A DNA stretch of 64,000 nt, taken from assembly GCA_036785375.1 (NCBI GenBank), contig JAWMAR010000892.1:310001-374000 (forward strand), given 5' to 3'. The DNA is from Leucoraja ocellata (Eukaryota). Below are positions 51,404 through 62,200 of this stretch, one piece after another (the first letter of the stretch is position 1; the number at the start of each line of letters is the position of its first letter). The notes below the pieces were generated by a model. The model was not told where the DNA came from and ran no database searches. It worked only from the letters and a program-made list of their open reading frames with translations. A program made the position numbers and the translations under genes.

Positions 51404-51700
51404 TTGCGGTAAAGGTTTCAGTTTGTTTCTCCTTCAGCCTGGTGTTGTGAATGCTACAGGTGATGCAGTGTACTCCAGCAGACACCCACAGGAACGAGGT
51501 TACGTTGCACAGTCTCTGCGGGGAGCAGTCGGTGTGGGTTGTGGCCGTGCTGTTCGGATCTAGGTTCAGGGACCCGCAGGTCCAGCCCACCGCTGGGGCT
51601 GGATACCCTCCCCAGGAGGAGCAGGTCAGCCTCAGCACCCCTCATGCACCTTGCTGTTCCTCCGACAGATGCGTACTCAGGGTCGGCTTGGCAAAGTGGG
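51404..51700 (-). pseudogene. B7-like IgC exon copy C1: splice sites intact, in-frame TGA
   Basis: 297 nt, phase 1-1 (TTCCATTCCAG / GTAAGT); the codon at 51642-51644 is TGA where C2 has GGA. Confidence 0.88.
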
Positions 51701-54060
51701 CTGGAATGGAACAGCAGCGTTAACATTAACAAGACAGCGCTGACTGGCTAGCACCCAACAAAAGCTTTTCACTGTTCCTCGACACACTTTTATTTTACAT
51801 TTCAAAATATACTTTCTTCGAGAAATAAATATATCCAACACATGATCCTTACAAGTCTCCATCCAACATTGTCGGAGGCTATACATACATTCAATACTGT
51901 TTACACAAATCACACAATTTTACCCCACACCCTTGCCACTCATGTGGCCCACTTGCATGGAATCCCTTCCCTTATTTTAAGGGGCGTCTCCACCACACCC
52001 TGCCCCCCATGTCCAGCAGCAGAAGGACCCTAGACTGTGGTCCTCCCCCACCGAGCCTTGGCGTTGGCTGCACCGAGCTTCAGTGCGTCCCTTAGCACGT
52101 ACTCCTGCAGTCTGCAGCGGGCCAGTCGGCAACATTCCCCGACGGACAACTCGCTCCGCTGGGTGGTGAGCAACGCTCGGGCAGACCAAAGAGCGTCTTT
52201 CACCGAGTTGATGACCTTCCAGCAGCACTCGATGTCAGTCTCTGAATGTGTCCCTGGGAACAGACCGTAAATCACAGTCCTCTGTGACGGAGCTGTTGAG
52301 AATAAATCGTGACAGAGATGGGTCTCCAATTCTTTATATCCTTCATCTCCCCCTTCTGCTTGTAGATTAGGGTAATGCTGCCCTTCCTCATGGAGTCTGA
52401 CATGCTGCCTGCTAGAAGCATGTCGTTGTACATTTCCAGCAGGTCCAGGCCCACCCAGTCCCACAGAGCCGAATACAACTCGGCCGGTAAGCCATCATTT
52501 CCAGGAGTTTTACTCGTCAAAGGAACGGATGGAGCCAGTCAGCTCCTCTAGGGTCAGTGGTTGGTCCAGACTCTCCCGCTTGCTGTCCTCCAAGACCTCC
52601 GTGATAGAGGACAGGAAATTCTGGGAGGCGGTGGTGCTGTCCGTGGCCTTTCTGGTGCACAAATCTGTTTAAAAGGTTTTGCAGATCCTCAGCATGTCCG
52701 TCAGTAAGGATGTTACCGAGCCGTCCTCCTCTCTAAGGCTGTTGATCACAGAGCTTTGGTTTAAACCAAAGATAGACACAAACTAGCAGGAGGAATCAGT
52801 GTCAGGAGGAATCAGAGGGATTGTGTGTCTATCTTTATGTACTTGTATCCCACGGTCTCTCAGTTCTAAGAATCTCCCTTTCATTCACTGTGTACCTGCT
52901 GGCGTAGCTTTGGGTTAAATGTACAAATTGTTGCATTCCATTGAATTAAATTGCAGCTGAGTTTGAGTTTAGTTTATTGTCACGTGTACTGAGGTACAAG
53001 GAAAAGAGTTCTGTAGAGAGCTCTGCCATTCGCTTGCCCATTTCCCCAGTTGAACTTGACCCTGGTGCAACTATAAACTACCTTCCTCACTGTCCACCAC
53101 ACCTACAATTTTGGTTCCATCTACACACTTGATCATCTATATTCTCTTCCACACTGCAAACAAAGACCAGCCAGTCCAAATCGGTGCCATTTTTAAATTG
53201 GTGAAGAGAGAAGATTGTTCATGACATGGTTTTTTTGTGTCTGGAGCATCAGAGACAGATTGAAGATCTGTTAGGAAGTAAATAACATTCCAAGAGCTTT
53301 AGTGTTGACAGTCAAACCCTTTATCCCCAGGGTGGGAATGTCAAAGACTAGATGGCGTAGCTTTCAGGTGAGAGGGGCAAAGTTTAAAGGAGATGTGAAG
53401 AACAAGTTGTGTCACACAGACACAGGGTGGTGGGTGCCTGGAACACGCTGCCAGGGGTGGTGGTGGAGGCAGATACGACAGTGGTGTTTGACATGGTAGT
53501 GCAGGGATTAGATCGATGTGGATCAAGTGCAGGCAGATGAGATTAGTTTAGCTGGGTATCATGTTTGCTGGGCCGAAAGGTCCATTCCTGTGCTGTACTG
53601 TTCTATGTTCCACCTATCAGCTACTGTTGGGTCCTGAAGAATATCTGCAGACGATGACGATCTTGAGTGTACGGAGCAACGATCAGGGAAACGAGTCGGT
53701 CACAACCATTACGAGTAATATAGAAGGAACAAGTCCATTGGGCAGCACGGTGGCGCAGCGGTAGAGTTGCTGTCTCACAGCGCCAGAGACCCAGGTTCGA
53801 TCCTGACTACGGTCACTGTCTGTACGGAGTTTGTACGTTCTCCCCGTGACCTGCGTGGGTTTTCTCTGGAAGCTCCGGTTTCCTCCCACATTCCAAAGTT
53901 GTACAGGTTTGTAGGTTAATGGGCTTGGTATAAATGTGAAATTGTCCCTAGTATTATTGTGCGGGGATTGCTGGTCGGCATGGACTCGGTGGGCCAAAGG
54001 GCCTGTTTCCAAGCTGTATCACTAAACTAAACTAAATTTCCTAAGTATGCTTACATTTTA

Positions 54061-55079
54061 TAGGTATGTTACAAAACTTACCTTCAGCGGTGCTGCAGTT
54101 CTGCCACTGGCCGTGTGCGCGACTTTGGTGCCTTTGAGGGGGGAGGGCGGGGTTAAAATGCCGTTTTCTCCTGCCTGTCTGAGATATATTTTCTCGGGCT
54201 GCAAGCTAATGCTGAAGAATTGTTCCGACCGCCCTTCTGTGAATTTTTTTTTAAACCGCGGGACAATTTCAGCGCTGGAGTAAAATAAAATTCCACTGCT
54301 AATGCCGTCAACGCCGACAACGGGACGGATCTCCCGTACGGGACAGTTAAAGGTAAGCCGTTTATTTTACATATAAACGTTCTTCTTAGAATTACCTTAA
54401 TCCAAATTTTACGTTGCGAAAATGTGATTTAGGCCCCATACGAACCGGCAGTGTTTTTCCTGACGATATGGGGTTTAAATTCACAGCTAACCGCAACGTT
54501 CCAATCGATCGCATTCCACAAAATCCCACTCACAAGATGATTTAAATTGCCATTAATTTACAGGAATTTAACACTAAATTCCTTCCATTTGGCCTATAAA
54601 TTCATGACAATGAGATTTAAAAATCATGTTATATTGTGAATTCTTGTGTGAATGTTATTTGGACACAGACTATTTAAAATTCTTAAGAAATGGATAGATG
54701 TTGAGATCTAGTAATTGAATTTTGTAATTAGGTAACTAACTAATTATATGCTTTAATTTCAGGTCATCCAAGTAAGATTGTTTCATATTTGTTTCAGAAT
54801 GCTTCAATCTATAATAACTGAAAATTTATTTCAGTTCTCTTAATTTTTAAGAAAGTTATGGGCTTTTGACTGTCCTCAATCACAGCTTTTGTGTTAAGTC
54901 AATGGAAAAGCAATTAGGAACAAGATGCTAACTTCCGAGTATGAAAATGGCCATATCTTTTTTAATACTGAAGATATGAAAGTGAATTAGGTGTCAAATT
55001 AAACTTCTTTTTATGCTTTATCTGATGCGATAAATTGCAGACTTGATTTTTAAAATCTCAAAATGTTGTAACATTGCTA
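54061..55079. mobile_element. Non-autonomous hAT-like DNA element (~1 kb)
   Basis: Imperfect TIRs TAGGTATGTTACAAAA / TGTTGTAACATTGCTA; CATTT(T/G)A duplicated at the flanks; empty site CTTACATTTGACAAC at 37811. Confidence 0.7.
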
Positions 55080-55283
55080 CATTTGACAACTTCCACTTGT
55101 CACCACCATTGTGTAGGAAGGAACTGCAGATGCTGGTTTACACAGAAGACAGACATAAAATGCTGGAGTAACTCAGCGGGACAGGCAGCATCTCTGGAGA
55201 GAAGGAATGGGTGAGACCCTTCTCCAGACACCACCGCTGTTATTACAAAGAAAAGCTTAAAAACAAAGATCATGAACCTTTAC

Positions 55284-55628
55284 CTGCTATTTGTAGTGTG
55301 ACTGTAACTCGTAGAACCACGCTGTTGCCCTCAGTGGGGAGTTTCAACTGAATGAGGCATGTGTACGTGGCTGCGTCGCTCACTCGGAGGTCGGTGAGAA
55401 GAAGGGAGAAGTTGCCATGTTTGAACTCTGCGGTGAACAGCCTTGCCCTGGTGCCCAGGCCCAATGTGTTGTCCTCTCTGCCCTTATGGAAGGAATGGAT
55501 TAACTGAGTGGCCACCTGCCAGTAAACACGAATATCATTGTTGGCTTGTTTCCCCACGTTGGTGTCCAGACAGGGCAGGAGGGCACTTTCACCCACAATC
55601 CCCGTCACTGTGAGGCTAGACGGCGACA
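55284..55628 (-). CDS. B7-family IgV exon, copy V1
   Basis: 345 nt, phase 1-1, intact; protein identical to V3 within the exon. Confidence 0.9.
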
Positions 55629-55769
55629 CTGGGGATACAATAAGGACAAAATAATCCCGGGTCTCGTCCACTCCTTCTCCCCAGAGAAGCTGCCTGTCCC
55701 GCTGAGTTACTCCAGCATTTTGTCTATCTTCGGCTTAAACCAGCATCTGTAGTTCCTTCCTACACATTT

Positions 55770-56068
55770 TGTTTAGTTTAGAGATACAGCACGGAAACAG
55801 GCCCTTTGGCCCATCGAGTCCACGCCGACCAGCGATCCCCGCACACTAACACTATCCTACATACACTAGGGACAATTTACAATTGTTACCGAAGCCAATT
55901 AACCTACTAACATGTATGTCTTTGGAGTGTGAGAGGAAACCGGAGCACCCGGAGAAAAGCCACACGGGTCATGAGGAGAAGATACAAACTCCGTACACAC
56001 AGCACCCATAGTCAGGATTGAACACGGGTCTCTGGCGCTGCGAGGCAGTAACTCTACCGTGGCTCCAC
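55770..56068 (-). mobile_element. HE1-type SINE ('SINE a', proximal recombination partner)
   Basis: Its left part matches the SINEs at 39283 and 49111; its right part does not. Confidence 0.85.
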
Positions 56069-56477
56069 CCTCTTTTTCTGAAGAAAAAGTATAACATACA
56101 ATATTTCTAAGGAACGCAACTATTGTGTTATGGCAGCACTGCAGCTCAAAGTCCCCCTCTTCATCTCCCAGGGTTATTGCGGGTCCGTCTGTCCTAGAGT
56201 CACGGCTGCCACTAAGTCTGGGCACTCGCAGTCGAGAACCTTCTGGCCACTGGCAATCCCTGAGGACTGGGATCTGAAACTATAACTTTGTCACTCACAT
56301 GGAGGAAGGCTGAAATGACTGAGGCTTGGATTGAGTCCTCTCCGGGCGTGCTTCCCACAGGCTGGGGTTGCCCCACCACTGGTGTACGTGTGGGACAGGC
56401 TGTCGACAGACAGATGAAGCATAACTGCCTTTTCTCAGACACAACAGAGGTGATCCGTGCATCTTTTTAGAGTTACA

Positions 56478-57042
56478 GAGGGTGGTGCAGCGGTAGAGTT
56501 GCTGACTTACAGCGCCAGAGACCCAGGTCTGGTCCTGACTATGGGTGCTGCCTGTACGGAGTTTGCACGTTCTCCCCGTGACCACGTGGATTTTCTCCGG
56601 GTGCTCCGGATTCCTCCCACACTCCAAAGATTCAGGTTTGTAGGTTAATTGGCATCTATAAAGTGTAAATTGTCCCTAGTATGTAGGTTGGTGCTAGTAT
56701 GCGGGGTGATCGCTGGTCTGTGTGGACTCGGTGGGCCAAAACATACACTGTATCTCTAAACTAAACATGAAATCAAACCCCTTGGTCCACAGAGCCCACA
56801 CCGACCATCGATCACCCATTCACACTAGTTCCATGTTATCCCACTTTCCCATCCACTCCGTACACATTAGGGGTAATTTTACAGAGGGCCAATTAACCTA
56901 CAAACCCGCACGTCTTTGGGATGTGGGAGGAAACCGGAGCACCCGGAGAAAATCCACATGGTCACATGGAGAACGTGCAAACTCCACACAGGCAACACCC
57001 AAGGTCATGGTCGAACCCGGGTCTCTGGCGCTGTGAGGCAGT
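56478..57042. mobile_element. Two HE1-type SINEs, tail to tail
   Basis: Plus copy 56478-56766, minus copy 56780-57042. Confidence 0.8.
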
Positions 57043-57098
57043 GGCTTTAGTTCATGAAACTAATGGACCTTTTCAGAGAAGTGGAAATGAATTCTTAC

Positions 57099-57160
57099 CT
57101 GTTCTGCAACACAAAAGCAGCAAAGCACATTGGAGCAGCCCAGCCACCCGTCTTGTCACC
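57099..57160 (-). CDS. B7-like gene: signal-peptide exon
   Basis: Acceptor TGTGTTGCAG, donor CAG|GTAAGA; 62 nt, phase 2 to 1; VTRRVAGLLQCALLLLCCRT joins in frame to V1. Confidence 0.75.
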
Positions 57161-57219
57161 CTGCAACACAGTGAATGCATTGATATTTCAACGGTGAACC
57201 CGTTTACAAGTTACTGACA

Positions 57220-57640
57220 ATAGCCACACGCAAATTGGAGGAATAGCATCTCATATTTCACTTGGGCAGCTTACAACCAGCGGTATGAATATTGATTTCT
57301 CTAATTTCAAGTAAGCCTTGCATCCCCTCTCTCTCTCTCCATCCCTCCTCCACCCTAGTTATCCTGCTAGTTTCACTGTTTGTATCCCTTTGTTATCACC
57401 CCCTCCACAGCCAACAATGGACCATTGTGGGCTCTTTGGCTGACGGTCCCAGCTCTGATTTCTTCTGTACATTTTCATACCTCCAGTTTCCCTCTTCCCT
57501 GACTCTCAGTCTGAAGAAGGGTCTCCACCCGAAACATCACCCATTCCTTCTCTCCACAGATGCTGCCTGATCTGCTGAGTTACTCCAGCTATTTGTGTCT
57601 GTCTTCAGTTTAAACCAGCATCTGTAGTTCTGTCCAACAC
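57220..57640 (+). mobile_element. Penelope-like element 3' fragment (GIY-YIG C-terminus plus terminal repeat)
   Basis: Degenerate RKLEE-HLIFHLGSLQP-GMNIDFSNFK*, then the CTGAAGAAGGGTC..CCCGAAAC terminal segment, which recurs as short copies across the window. Confidence 0.7.
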
Positions 57641-58254
57641 ATCTCAACTTCCTTATCTTTAGTCAGACTTTAATGGACTTTATCTTGCACTAAACATTAT
57701 TCCCTTTATCCTGTACCTGCATCTGACGGCTTGGTTGTAATCACATATAGACTTCCTGCTGATGGAATAACAAAAACAGTTTGCATTGTATCTTGGTAAA
57801 CGTGACAATAATAAACTAAACCAAAGTTTATTTTTTAGTTTAGTTTAGTGATACAGCGTATAAACATTTCCTTCAGCTCACCGAGTCCATGCGACCAGTG
57901 ATCCCCGCACACTAACACTAAGCTACACACACACACACACACGAGGGATCATTTCCACGCTGTATCTCTAAACTAAACTAAACACCATACAAACAGCACC
58001 CACAGTCAGGAACTCGGGTCTCTGGCGCTGTGAGGCAGCTACTCAAATTGAATAAGGAAATGCTGCAGAGACACATCAGGTGAGGCCGGGTGTGAAGCGG
58101 TTAATGATTCAGGTTGACGGCTTTTCAACAGAACCGAAAGATGACTTCATCTCCTGGAAACTTTCCCAGCACTTTCAGCACAGCTTGAACCAGAGGAGCC
58201 ATACACGGCCTTCCCTCTCCCCAGCCGCTGCCCGGCCCCATCACACTCACTCAC

Positions 58255-58268
58255 TCTCCTGGATCCAC
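58255..58268 (-). CDS. B7-like gene: candidate 14-nt first coding exon with GTG in place of ATG
   Basis: GTG GAT CCA GGA GA|GTGAGT, phase 2, compatible with the leader exon; abuts a SINE-derived cluster at 58269-58690. Confidence 0.45.
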
Positions 58269-59149
58269 TAACACTTACTTTACTTCAGTTTAGTACAGCA
58301 CAGAATCTGGCCATTCGGCCCATCGAGTTCGTGCCGACCAGCGATCCACGCACATTAATTGGCTTGGTATTAATGTAAATTGTCCCTAGTGTGTGTAGGA
58401 TAGTGTTAGTGTGCAGGAATCGCTGGTCGCCGCGGACTCGGTGGGCCAAAGGCCTGTTTCCGTGCTGTATCTCTAAACTAAACTAAAAATTAACTATCTA
58501 CACACACTAGGGACAATTTACTTTTTTTTATACCAAGCCAATGAACTGACAAACCTGTACGTCTTTGGAGTGTGGGAGGAAAGTGAAGATCTCGGAGAAA
58601 ACCCACGCAAGTCACGGGGAGAACGTAAAACTCTCTCTCTTCTATGTTCGGTCACAGATAGAGCATGCAAACTCCACACAGACAGCGGCAGATATCCCGA
58701 TCAAATCCTGCCCACAACAGCGCCACCTGCTGAACCACTGCACCACCCAGTGGTCGGAGGACTGTTCACCGGTGAGCTCAGACTCGAGACATTCAGCTGA
58801 AATAAATGTGCCCATTGCGAAAAAAATCCCTGATTCTCTAATAATAAACTTGTTGACACAAATCTACCAAGAAAGTAGTACTTATTTTCACGAAAGAGTC
58901 CCAGGGTAATACCCTGAATGAAAAATGGTGCTCGGTGAAAAAAAAGAAAATGTCATTTATTGCAGGGGGATTTTCTGATGGTCACTAGGAATGAGAAAAG
59001 AATATTAGTTCCCTGCCCCTAACCACTTATTTTCCTTCCTCCGGCTCTTCCTATTCACTTCTGAACTGTGAGCAGTGCAGCGTACTTTTTGCACAAGTGC
59101 TCAGGGCAGTGTGTGTCAGCATTAGAACATAGAGCAGTACAACAAAGAA

Positions 59150-60060
59150 CAGGGTGGTACGTTGGCTCAGCGGTAGAGTTGCTGCCTTACGGCGCCAGAG
59201 AGCCGGGTTCGATCATGGCTACAGGTGCTTGTCTGTGTGGAGTTTGTACATTCTCCTCGTGATCGTGTGTTTTTTCTCCAGGAACTCTGGTTATCCCCAC
59301 ACTCCAAAGATGTACAGGTTTGTAGGTTAATTGGCTTCAGTAAAATTGTAAATTGTCCCTAATGTGCGCGTGTAGGATAGTGTTAGTGTGTGGGGATCGC
59401 TGGTTGGTGCAAACTCGTGGGCTGAAGGGCCTGTTTCCACGCTGTATCTCTTAACTAAACTAAAATTAAATCAGATAATACAATACATAAATACAATCAC
59501 GCCAAACTCAAGTACACCAGGTAGAACAAAGGGGAAGGTACAGAGTGCAGAATATAGTTCTCGGCATTGTAGCGCATCAGTTCCAGAGACAAAGTCTAGT
59601 GTCTGCAATGGAGCAGAGGTGAATCGAAAAGTACCATAGATTATGGATGGACCATTCAAAGCCTGATAACAGAGGGGAAGAAGCGGTTCCTGAGTCTGGT
59701 GGGCGCGCTTTCAAGCTTCTGTGCCTTGTGCCGGATGGGAGAAGTTGGATTAACCTGGGCGGGACAAGTCTTTGATTATGTTGGCTGCTTTCCCGAGGTA
59801 ACGTGAAGTGAAGATGGAATAAATTGTGAGGTTTGTCTGGTGTGACGGACTGGGCTACATCTATAACTCTCTGCTATTTCTTGCAGTTTGTGCCAAACTG
59901 TTCTGAAACCAAGCTGTGATGCAGCCCAACTGCGTGCTTTCTGTGGTGCATCCGTAGAAGAGTCACTGGAGACTTGCTGAACTTCTTCAGTGTCCACTTG
60001 AAGTAGAGGCATTGGTGTGCCTCCTGGAGTGTTGCATCAATGTGGATGGTCCACGACAGA
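59150..60060. mobile_element. HE1-type SINE (plus, 59150-59460) followed by a degenerate Rex1-like tail (minus)
   Basis: SINE head and V-domain; minus-strand AHQCLYF and 3'UTR-like text. Confidence 0.6.
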
Positions 60061-60835
60061 TCACAGATTGTATTCATGGAGTCCATGTAGAACAACGAAT
60101 GCAAGCCCCCATCACTCTTTCTGTAACAAAAAGAACGTGCCCCGCACATCTCCATGAAACTTTCCCCCTCTCACCACATAGCTATGCCCTCTAATGTTGG
60201 ACATTTCCACACCGGGAAAAGGGTTCTGACTGTCTACCCTATCTAATGCCTTTCATAATTTTATATACTTCTACCAAGTCTCCGCACAATCCTCAACGTT
60301 CCAGAGAAAGCAATCCAAGTTTATCCAACCTCTCCTTCCAACTAAAACCCTCTAATCCATGCCCCCTTCTGTTAAACCTCATCCGGACTCTCCCCAATCT
60401 CCACATCCTTCCTGTAATGCTGCCAACCAGAACTGCACACAATACTATAAATGTGGCCTGATCAAAGTCTTACAGAACTGCATCCTGACTCTTGTACTCA
60501 ATGCCCCCAGTAACAAAGGCCAAGTCAAGAGAGTTTTATTGTCATGTGTCCAAGATAGGACAATGAAATTCTTACAAGTATTGAAACATGGCTTGAAGAG
60601 GAACTGGTGGATGTTGTTCTTTACAGGAGGTGTGGAGTGACCTCCATAAACATGTCGCAGTCAATCATGGAACAATAATCAAGTTGCAGCAGCCAACCTT
60701 TGATCCATTCATCTGCAGAAAATCAATTGTTCTTTCTTTTCATTCATTTCTCTATCGACTGGTGGTCGTCGAGGAGCTCGTTGCGGCGGATGCTGAGGGC
60801 ATCGGTGATCGAGGTCAGGCCACGTGGGAGCCGTC

Positions 60836-60995
60836 GGGAACAAAGGGGGACCCAGCGTGGGGGAGGGGGAGGGGATGGGGATGGGGGGTGGAGAACAAAG
60901 GGGGTCCCAGCGTGGGGGAGGGGGAGGGGATGGGGGGTGGAGAACAAAGGGGGACCCAGCGTGGGGGAGGGGGAGGGGATGGGGATGGGGGAGGC
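60836..60995 (+). repeat. G-rich ~55-bp tandem repeat x3
   Basis: AACAAAGGGGG(A/T)CCCAGCGTGGGGGAGGGGGAGGGGATGGGG units. Confidence 0.9.
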
Positions 60996-61419
60996 AGAAC
61001 TAAGGAGGACTTGGCACGGGATACTTTGTGTGGGGATTGTTGGTGGGCATGGACTCGGTGGGCCGAAGGGCCAGTTTCTGAGCTATGTCTCTAAACTAAT
61101 CTAAATGTGTCCTTCCTTATTTGATCAGTAAAGTGTGTCGGATAGAACCAGCGAGCGGGCAAGCGCTGGTCAGTGTGGACTTGGACACTTCATCACGCCA
61201 CAGCACAGGTAGCGCACAGATCCTAGTCTGACGTTGGTGGGACCTTCAGCCATCTTGTTGGCTCCGTTGCTAATTTCCACTTTCTGTTTCCTTGTTAGTT
61301 CACAGCCTTGTCTTTTGTAACCTCAGTGCAGTTCCATGGCCAAGAACGTTCCTTCAGAAAGGAGATATGGAGGATTTTTTATAGTCAGAGGGTGGTCAAT
61401 CTGTGGAATTCATTGTGGA

Positions 61420-62200
61420 TAAAGCACAGAAACAGGCCCTTCGGCCCACTGAGTACCCGCCAAGCTGCGATCTAGCACTATCCTACACACACGAGGGACA
61501 ATTTTACCCATGCAAAGTAACCTACAAACCTGTACGTCTTTGGGGTACGGGAGGAAACCTGAGCACCTGGAGAAAATCCATGCAGTCACTGGGAGAATGT
61601 ACAAACTCCGTACAGACAGCACATGTAGACAGGATCAAACACGGGTCTCTGGCGCTGTGAGGCAGCAGATCTAATGCCTTAAATGTGTCACTTGGTTCCA
61701 TCTATGACACACCAGCCCCTGTCTCACCGCTCACCCTCATATCTTCTATCACACCCCTCACCCTCATATCTTTACACTACCTTACACTGACTAAAGTAAA
61801 CATGTCATTGTTCCGTTTCGGGACATATGACAATAAAACTCTTGACACTTGACTCCCTCCCTCTAAACACGCAGTCCTGGTCCCGATGTCGGGAGAGTCC
61901 AGAACCAGGGGCCACAGTTTAAGAATAAGCCTTTTAAAACAGAGACGAGGAAAAACTTATTCTCACAGAGAGTTGTGAGTCTGTGGAATTCTCTGCCTCA
62001 GAGGGCAGTGGAGGCCGGTTCTCTGGATACTTTCAAGAGAGAGCTAGATAGGGCTCTTAATGATTGCGGAGTCAGGGGATATGGGGAGAAGGAAGGAATG
62101 TGGTACTGACTGGGGATGATCAGCCATGATCACATTGAATGGCGGTGCTGGCTCGAAGGGTCGGATGGCCTATTCCTGCACCTGTTGTCTATTGTCTATT
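61420..62200. mobile_element. HE1-type SINE (minus 61420-61670) and CR1 3' end (plus 61880-62200)
   Basis: SINE V-domain; CR1 SRTRGHSLRI / LWNSLPQRAVEA and 3'UTR. Confidence 0.7.

Noticed and set aside
51642-51644. TGA as selenocysteine or programmed readthrough
   Set aside because: The paralogous codon is Gly (GGA) and no SECIS was evident; a simple nonsense change is more likely.
38792-55628. Rearranging Ig/TCR V segments, or a straightforward HHLA2 V-C-V orthologue
   Set aside because: The V exons include the G strand and end in splice donors with no RSS. The three V copies are near-identical recent duplicates, unlike the divergent V domains of HHLA2.
56299-56399. Exon-like segment between the leader and V1
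   Set aside because: 101 nt, phase 1 to 0, would shift the V1 frame; no recognisable domain.
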